Shown here piece by piece: positions 12,270 through 64,000 of a stretch of 64,000 nucleotides of DNA. Made by a program: the position numbers and the translations under genes. The notes beneath the pieces were generated by a model, which saw only the letters and a list, made by a program, of their open reading frames with translations, did no database searches and was not told the origin of the DNA. The stretch is from the NCBI GenBank assembly GCA_012295275.1, contig CM022678.1, positions 12,090,001 through 12,154,000 on the forward strand. Direction: 5' to 3'. This DNA comes from Chrysomallon squamiferum (lineage: Eukaryota > Animalia > Mollusca). The first letter of the stretch is position 1, and every line of letters begins with the position of its first letter.

Positions 12270-15200
12270 GCAATATTTATTACAATTACCAATAACAGTT
12301 TATTACAATATTTATCAACCCTGTTGCATACCCTCATAAAGTGAACAATTAAAGAAAATATTTTAAAAGAAAGATAACTGTACAAAAAAGAGAAACCTTT
12401 AGTTAAAACTGACTCTTTTTTTTATTGTTTAATTTGTCTTGAAACATGAGAACATAAAATAAACTCTTTTATACATGCAGAATTTGGTGTAAGATTAACA
12501 CAGTATGATATGCTAGTTATTAACATATGAGTAAATATGCCAAGCCCCACTGTTCCATGCAGGGTGTGCTGTACAAACTGATACAGACGTAGTAATATAC
12601 ATGTGATATGATTTACCTTGAAATGGAATACAGCTCAAGCATTGTGGAAATTATCATTCAAAAACAAGATAAAAATAAAAGGAGAGATTTGGTAAACAAA
12701 TTTACCCACCACCAAAACCAGGGACTGATGTGCTTGCAGACAATTTGTTCAAAGTTAAATGGTTTGTATCCATTCACTATCATTTGAAGATGGCATTTCT
12801 AAAAACCTAACCCCTTTTTAGAATCTTTTTAATTTTCTGACTGTAACAACATAGCAATTTTAGTTATTATTATAGATGTGTAAAAATCTACTTCCTTATT
12901 TTAGAATCTTTATATTTTCTGACAGTGATATAAATATAGATTTCTAATTCAAAAATACTCTCAAACTTAGGCAAGATTTATATATAATTATTTACTTTTA
13001 ATTGTAACAAATATTTATTTATTACTAGTTTTAAAATGCTGCCAGCCTGATTAAATTCAGCAATTGTATTCTCATTATAGACTTTTGCTTTTCTGAATTA
13101 AAATTAATAAATTATATTAATATAATTACTTATCTGTTACATGATGAACTCACAATTGATTCTAAAATATAAATACAAAACTGAAAATTTATCTGGATAC
13201 ATTTGTTTTTAAGTAACTTATCTGAGTATAACAAGATAAGCTACCAGAATTGTTTTTCAAGTTATTTAGTGTGTAGTGATTTTAATAACTGTAGAATACT
13301 TTTTACATTTTATTAGGTTTATTACAAATTTCTGACAAATTTCTGACAAATTTCATTTTTTTTTATTCAATTTCATTATTTTCATTTCTCTGCAATCCAT
13401 TAAAAAGCTCACTTTTTTCCACAAACATTAAATTATAACAGATATGAAAAACTATAAAACAATGAAAATGTCCAATGAAATTTAAAATGTAACTAACAAA
13501 GAACGTGGATATTAACTCTCAATTTTGTAAAATAAAATTTACAAGAACATAGAAAATTCATCACCAGATTAAATCTTTAATCATTTTTCCTTTGCAGTGA
13601 AACATATTTAATTAAAAATACTAATCAACAATAAAACACAAATTAATCAAATTTTTGCCATCATCAAAAATATTTTAATAACATTCATTAACAAAAGTGG
13701 ATTCTTTTAATTTTTATTTTACATGATATTGTAGTGGTTATGATATTCAAGGGCAAAAATATACATTCTCAAATTGAAAAAAAAATAAACAGGCAATTAA
13801 AATATTCAATTTGTATTCTCCACAAACGCAAGTTAAAACAAAAACAACATAAATTAAGTATTCTTTCTCTTTTTTCACACTCACAATTTCACAAAAATCA
13901 TTCATAAAATTTTTACTTCAGTCGTACAGTATTTATCCATCACCATTTTTACATTTTTATTTAATTTAATTTTTTTTTTTTTTAAATCAGTCTTTCCAGT
14001 TCCATCTCAAGTGATTTAAATAAAATTTCTAAAATTTCCAACAACTCAAAATGTGTTGAACCTCACATTTTAATTTGTTAAACCCACTTTCATTGTGAAA
14101 CTAATTTAAACTGAAATATTGGTTTTAAAAGTACAAGTTAAATTCAACTTTGGTCTACAAGTTTTTTCCAATTACGTTGCAGATCAGAACTGTCATTAAA
14201 TCATTTTATATAAAAAATATAATCAAATCAGTCTTTACTCATCTAAAATTTTTCAAAATGTTAGACATATTTATATTTCTTCTTTTTTTTTTAGATCCGT
14301 ACTACTAATAATCATCTCAACTGTACATGAGCCTAGTCTAACATACAGTCAGTCCTAGTAATCTAGTTTTTTTTCATTAATACCGAACAGCATTAAAAAT
14401 AAAGAAATTAAGACTGAATCTGTAGTTTCAATAAAATATAAATTAAATCTGCTTAAAAAAAAAAAGAAGAAGAAGAAAAAAGGATACCATAAAAGTTATC
14501 AATCACTGTGACTGTTGTAAATTATTTTGAGATGAAAATAGAAAGACTAACAAAAACAAGCAAACTAAAGAGAAAGTGGGTGAAAAAAAAAAACAAAAAA
14601 AAACAAACAAACAAAAATGGAACAATAAATATTCAACACAACATATTCAATGTAAAAATAAATTGTATAAAAACTATTTTTTAAAAGTAGCATACACAAA
14701 GCACATAAATTACACAAAATATTATACAAAGTTTACATCACATTGATAAAATTAAAAAAAAATAAAACAAAAAATAAAAAAAATATTATTATTATACAAT
14801 GACAGGAAACATAAAACATATTAAGTTTTATATTTTATCTTAATCGAATTTAGATTTCATTTCTCTGAAAATACAGTTAATAAAGATTAAAAAATAAATA
14901 AATAAATAAATAAAAATAAATAAATAAATAAATACACTTCCAAAATTTGTTTCAAAAGTAAGATAATTAAATCTTAGTTTGAGTAGCAGTGAAGTCACAT
15001 TAACTGTGTTTATCTTGTTTTAAATTCTTCATTCAGTCAGTCTAAAAAGCTTTCTCTCAAACCTGTAACTCAGAATAACATCATAAAACAGTCATCAAGT
15101 TTATTTAAAAATAAAGCCCAATCTTTGTTAATAATAAAGTCTGCAAGTCAGGGAAGGAGTATTAGAAAGCAATGAATATTAAAATTTATTATTTTTGTTT

Positions 15201-16171
15201 AATATGATGAAAGAACAATTAAATATGCAGACATTTAATTATTTTTTTGTTTTTTTTTAGATAAATTTATTTTAACCTTCAATTAGATGATTTAAAATGT
15301 TTTTCATGTTTGAAACACATAGCTAAATGAATTAGAACTGAATAACAAGATGAAATCAAAATTCTTACATTTTTAAATCTGCTAGCAGCAAAATCACTGA
15401 TGTCTCGAACCTCTTGTTTCTGTGAGATTTACAGCAATTGATTCTAAATTTCTTTTTATTAAGAGAAACTTCGTGATAATTCAATCTACAGGGATTGACG
15501 CAGTTAAGGTTATTAATACTATAATGTTGTTTTTTTAAATAAATCTTTACACTTCACTTTCACTGTCTTTGATTTATATTTTTTTTTAAATTTTATATTA
15601 TGTAATAATAAATCTTTATCAACCACATATCATCATACTTATTATTCCACAATTTTCTACTATATTATTCTTAACTATTCCACAGATTTGAAACTGCTAT
15701 GAATTAAACTAAAAAAACCATTACTAATTGCTGCAGTTATCTAACATGTTGTTGAGTGTAACAAGAGTTCTCTCCCATCAAAACCGAAATGAAGAGCATG
15801 GAAAGCGTAAATTAAAATTTCATTTATTTCAATTTGATTTTACATTTTGTCATTTTCAAATTTAAAACAGTTACAAAATAACTTGGAAATTCTAGAACAT
15901 TTCTTTTTTAACATGAACAAAAGCATGTACATAGTCGAGCATTTCCTTTTTTTAACATTAGAAAGGAGAATACGAAAAGTTCTAACACATAATTAAGATG
16001 TTCATTTTTAAAAAATAATTAAAAATGTGTTTTTATTCCGGCAAGAGATGCATGGAAAAAATCTTTTATATAAAAACAACCACTTTCTGCTTAGAAAATA
16101 CTGTTTTTTGTATCCATGTAAAATACTGTCCAAGTAATAATAATAATAGTAATAATAACAATAATAATAAT

Positions 16172-16206
<35 letters not shown>

Positions 16207-16671
16207 GTAGAAATAATAATAATGAAATTTATTTTGGTTTCACTTGCAGCATAAAACAATGTGCAATTATTTATTTGCTTATAAAATACAAAAATTGCTC
16301 CAAGAACCCAGGAAATAAAAAATAAAATAAAATAAAAACAACAAATAATAATAAATAAAAATAAAAATAACTGAATAATAATAATAAGAATGATTGAATC
16401 TGTTAATGCAACGACAGTTTTCTTTAATGAAATTAAATGTGATAATGGCAAAATTAAAACAAGCAGATGTAACAATTCATCTTTCAAAAAATTTGCATAA
16501 TTAGTTAATTTTTTTTAATATCTTGTTAGATACAAATGTTCCATGATCTCTTGTACACGCTTTAACAACCCTAAATAAACATTTTAGTAATTCAGGTCCT
16601 TCAATCCAGACACTCAAATTGTCACAAACTAAATGAAAGTACATGGCAAAAAAAAAATGAATAAAAATGAA

Positions 16672-16702
<31 letters not shown>

Positions 16703-17010
16703 CAACAAAATAATAACAATAATAATAAAAAAAATATATATAAAAATAATATTATTATTATTTTAAAAAACTGTTGTAAATAAAATGAACAACAACAACA
16801 AAAGTAAACAGTTCTTGCATCATCTATAAACACTGCAACTGGCAGTTAGACATTAAAACAAGTTACTAAAACTAATAATGTTAAGAAAGAACAGAAGGAA
16901 AATCTGGTTGTTGTAAAAGAGAACAATTTGCAATGATTCTGACGTGATGACAACAAGACCACTTGAGTTAAAAAGATGAAGGTCCCTGATTTTGGTGATT
17001 ACGATGAAGT

Positions 17011-17014
<4 letters not shown>
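12270..17014 (-). other. SCRIB terminal exon (4 coding nt, G-TGA) and probable long AU-rich 3' UTR; distal end uncertain
   Basis: ttttttcag|GTGA acceptor at 17015/17014. Paired AATAAA on the minus strand near 12276-12304 is followed by a U/GU-rich tract. Confidence 0.4.
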
Positions 17015-60616
<43,602 letters not shown>

Positions 60617-60619
60617 CTG

Positions 60620-61070
60620 TTTAGTGAAAATACAACTTTATTAGGCAATGACAAATTATGAAAATAAACTGTTAAATAAACACCATCATTACAGATATGT
60701 TAAATAAAAATACAACTTTATTAGGCAACACAAATTATAAAAATAAGCTTAAATAAACACAATCATTACAAACTAGGAAATTAAAAATTATTAATATGTT
60801 AAACAAAAATACAACTTTTTTAAGCAATGACAAATTATAAAAATAAATTTTAAATAAACACAATTGTTGCAACTTCATTAAGAAATGACAAATAAAAATA
60901 AACTTTTAAATAAACACAATTGTTGCAACTTTATTAAGAAATTACAAATTTTAAATGTTAAACAGTTAAATATGGTTGTTATAACTTTATTTAGAAATGA
61001 TAAATTATAAATGTTAAACTTTTAAATAAAAATTGTCATTACAACTTTATTAAGAAAATGACAAATTGCA
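60620..61070. repeat. Degenerate tandem repeat of about 55-90 bp abutting a SCRIB acceptor
   Basis: caactttattaggcaatgacaaattat...taaataaacac recurs about 7 times. Confidence 0.8.
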
Positions 61071-62962
61071 GTATACTTCAAGATAGGAGTACATAAAACA
61101 TTTTTTCTTAAATATTTAAGACAAAATAAAATTATGAGAAAGACGAGCTAAATAAAAAAAATATAAAAGTAATTATGATGCAGAAAACACCATAAATTAC
61201 AAAACATTATATGACTTTTAATGCCTATAATTCAAAATAAAAACACACACACACACACATAAACACACAAATAATAATAATAACAAAAATATAAAGTTAT
61301 TAAAATCTAAGCAATGGAAGATCCACTGTAATTTAAAAAAGAACTGAGTTCCAACTATAAGTTACTATCCACAGCACAAAAATCTATTTACTAAACAGTT
61401 TAATTTTCACCAACATTCCTACATGTGTGTATTTCGCAGAGTAATAATCGTTTAGAAATCTAATTTAGCTACAAGATGGCCAGTATGTTGTTAACAGACG
61501 TAGCAGCCTAGGTTTTCAACTAAAACAGTGGTGCTACATGGTTCTGGGTGGCTGCCAGAATGTAACTCAAGTGATTTGCAATAACAGTTTTAACTCAGAG
61601 CTCAATGAAAACAGACAAGACTTGGTGGGTATGTTAAAATGTACAGTAACAAAATAATGGGTACTTAAAGTCATTTATGCAGCCTAATTATTAAAGAAAT
61701 AATTTTCTTATTTAACTCTTAAATGAAATACATGGATACATACCTATGCAATATTTTTAAGCTGAAATAGCAGCTTACTTCTCTAAAATATAACCGTGTT
61801 CAAGCAAACAAGTGAAATAATTACTGGTCATGTTTCATTTTAAACTTGAATAATGTCACTACTTAAAATTAAACACTGAGACAGAGAAAATGATTTGTGG
61901 GAGGGTATTTCAACAACACCTATTACAGAACCTCCAGGAGTGATGCTCCATCTATCAGTTTCAAAACCACCAGCTTAAAATGATTTCTCAGAGCGTTTTC
62001 CTCAGCAACAACTAACACAGTGTCAAATGTAATCCTGTATCTATCAATTTTAAAACCACTGGCTTAAAATTAAATTCAGACATAGAAGGTGATTTCTGAG
62101 AGGTTTTTCTTTCTCTACAGTAACACTCTTATAAATGGGTTTAGATTTAACCATTTAGTTTCTGGTAAAAGCCAGGAGGCAATTCCACACATAACAGATG
62201 TAAATACTAACAGCATGGACAGTGAACCTCTGAGACTGATTTCAAACAACTTTTACTACAGAAACATGTGTATTTATATTTGTTTTATTAAGAGCTGGGC
62301 TGAATGAGTCTTTTGCCTACAAAACTTGAAACCAAAGAATTAAATACTAAGGTTGTGTAAACACTATTTTACACGTTTGTTTTTGGGTAAGAGCCAAAAA
62401 GTTGGAGTTGAAATGTGATCCCAGAACCTTCAAGTTTTGAAAATTGCTGTCTCATGACAATATTAACATTATAGGTGGAAATATATTTTAACTGTACTTT
62501 TCTAACTTCTGAAAGCACTTAAATATTGCCCTATTTTTCTTTCAAGAGCGATTTCAGATCTAACTAACTTTCTGAATAAGAGACAGAATTAAAATATACA
62601 TGTACAGCTGATTAATATCCACCTACCCCCAGCACAGCTGATTTCTGAGAGTACATTTATGAGTTTGTATGATTTGCTGCTTGTTTTGTGCAGCTGCTAT
62701 AGAACAGTGGGTTGACCTACATGCACCTCACTCAAAGTGTTAAGTACTAGTAGCAGTCAGTTTGAGTTATTCCAAACACAAGCTGACTGCTTGATTTTGA
62801 CAGCATGCCATTAGCCACTCACTCTGCCAGATAATATCCAGTCACTCTGAACAGTAACTGATGAGCCATTTTTAAAATCAAATTTTTTTTTTTTAATTTC
62901 CAGATATTGATGACCATTCATCTATGTGGTTGAGGGTAACAAAAAATAATAAAAATAAAAAA

Positions 62963-63041
<79 letters not shown>

Positions 63042-63094
63042 AAAATCAATTTTCTGTTATTCCAAAATTCATCTTTGTGGTTGAAAAAAAAAAA

Positions 63095-63125
<31 letters not shown>

Positions 63126-63126
63126 T

Positions 63127-63170
<44 letters not shown>

Positions 63171-63716
63171 ATAATAATAATAATAATAATAAAGTAATTA
63201 TATTACTACTAATAATAACAATAATAATTAAAAATCAATTTTCTCATTATTATCAATTAAAAAAATATTCTTCTTGGCTGAAGAGAGTGAAAACACAAAA
63301 AGAAAAATTTTTAAATTTGAAAAAGATTGGTTTTTTTTGTTTAAAAAGTGAAAACATTTCCAGACCATGTCCAGTAAATTTTACGTACACAACCTATTGA
63401 CGGCTGATGCAAGATATTATCATTATCCAGAAATTAGCAAAACAGGTTTAACTCCATTTCTGTCTACCTAATCTTCCAGCACTTTAACAATGACACTGAC
63501 TGTGAAACCACAACAAACATGCTGGAACATGTAAACGTACCAGTAAATGATTTACCAATTAATCAGACTATTTTCTCTACGGTACCCTAGTTTCTCATTA
63601 CTGTAAAAGTTAATTCAATTAATTGTTATATTTTATATTTTAAAATTTATTTTAAAGCTATTTAAATATTAATTTGCTACCAATTTACCATGTAATTACT
63701 TTAGTAGTAGTTTAAA

Positions 63717-63759
<43 letters not shown>

Positions 63760-64000
63760 GACAATAAAAGAAAGACAGTAGGTTGATACCTGATAATTAA
63801 AATGTAAACTATATTTGCAAATTAACACAATACTGCTGTTTTATATTTATTATATAAGTTAATTTAATTAATATGCACTTAAGTGTTTTTAAAAAAATCA
63901 TTTTTAATCAAAAGTTAAATAACAAAACATGTAAAAGACAACATTATATACTGAAGTTTTGTATTTAATTATAATTTCATTTGTTTATAAAAATATTTTA

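Overview
AT-rich, microsatellite-dense animal genomic DNA (an invertebrate, plausibly a mollusc; the taxon is inferred). I reconstructed three intron-containing genes by hand from splice signals and frame continuity. (1) UQCC1/CBP3, a complex III assembly factor: minus strand, 9 exons, 125-6409, 294 aa. (2) LDAH, lipid droplet-associated hydrolase: plus strand, 3 coding exons, 7071-10850, 309 aa, head-to-head with UQCC1 across about 660 bp. (3) Most of Scribble (LRR + LAPSD + 4 PDZ + C-terminal conserved blocks): minus strand, 39 exons, 17011-60616, about 1680 codons in the window, with the 5' exons beyond 64000. The long ORFs at 33.6-35.5 kb are minisatellite artefacts. The most unusual signals lie inside scrib. 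Three tandem arrays are built from copies of an exon 3' end plus its own splice donor; one could add an in-frame extra LRR, one could create 24-nt in-frame microexons, and one is a ladder of donors just past the stop codon. There is also a set of candidate frame-preserving microexons, including at the same loop of PDZ1 and PDZ2, a perfect 42-bp inverted repeat bracketing five LRR exons, and an intronic minisatellite whose sense strand repeats AATAAA-TGTA. All alternative-splicing claims are predictions that need RNA-seq.
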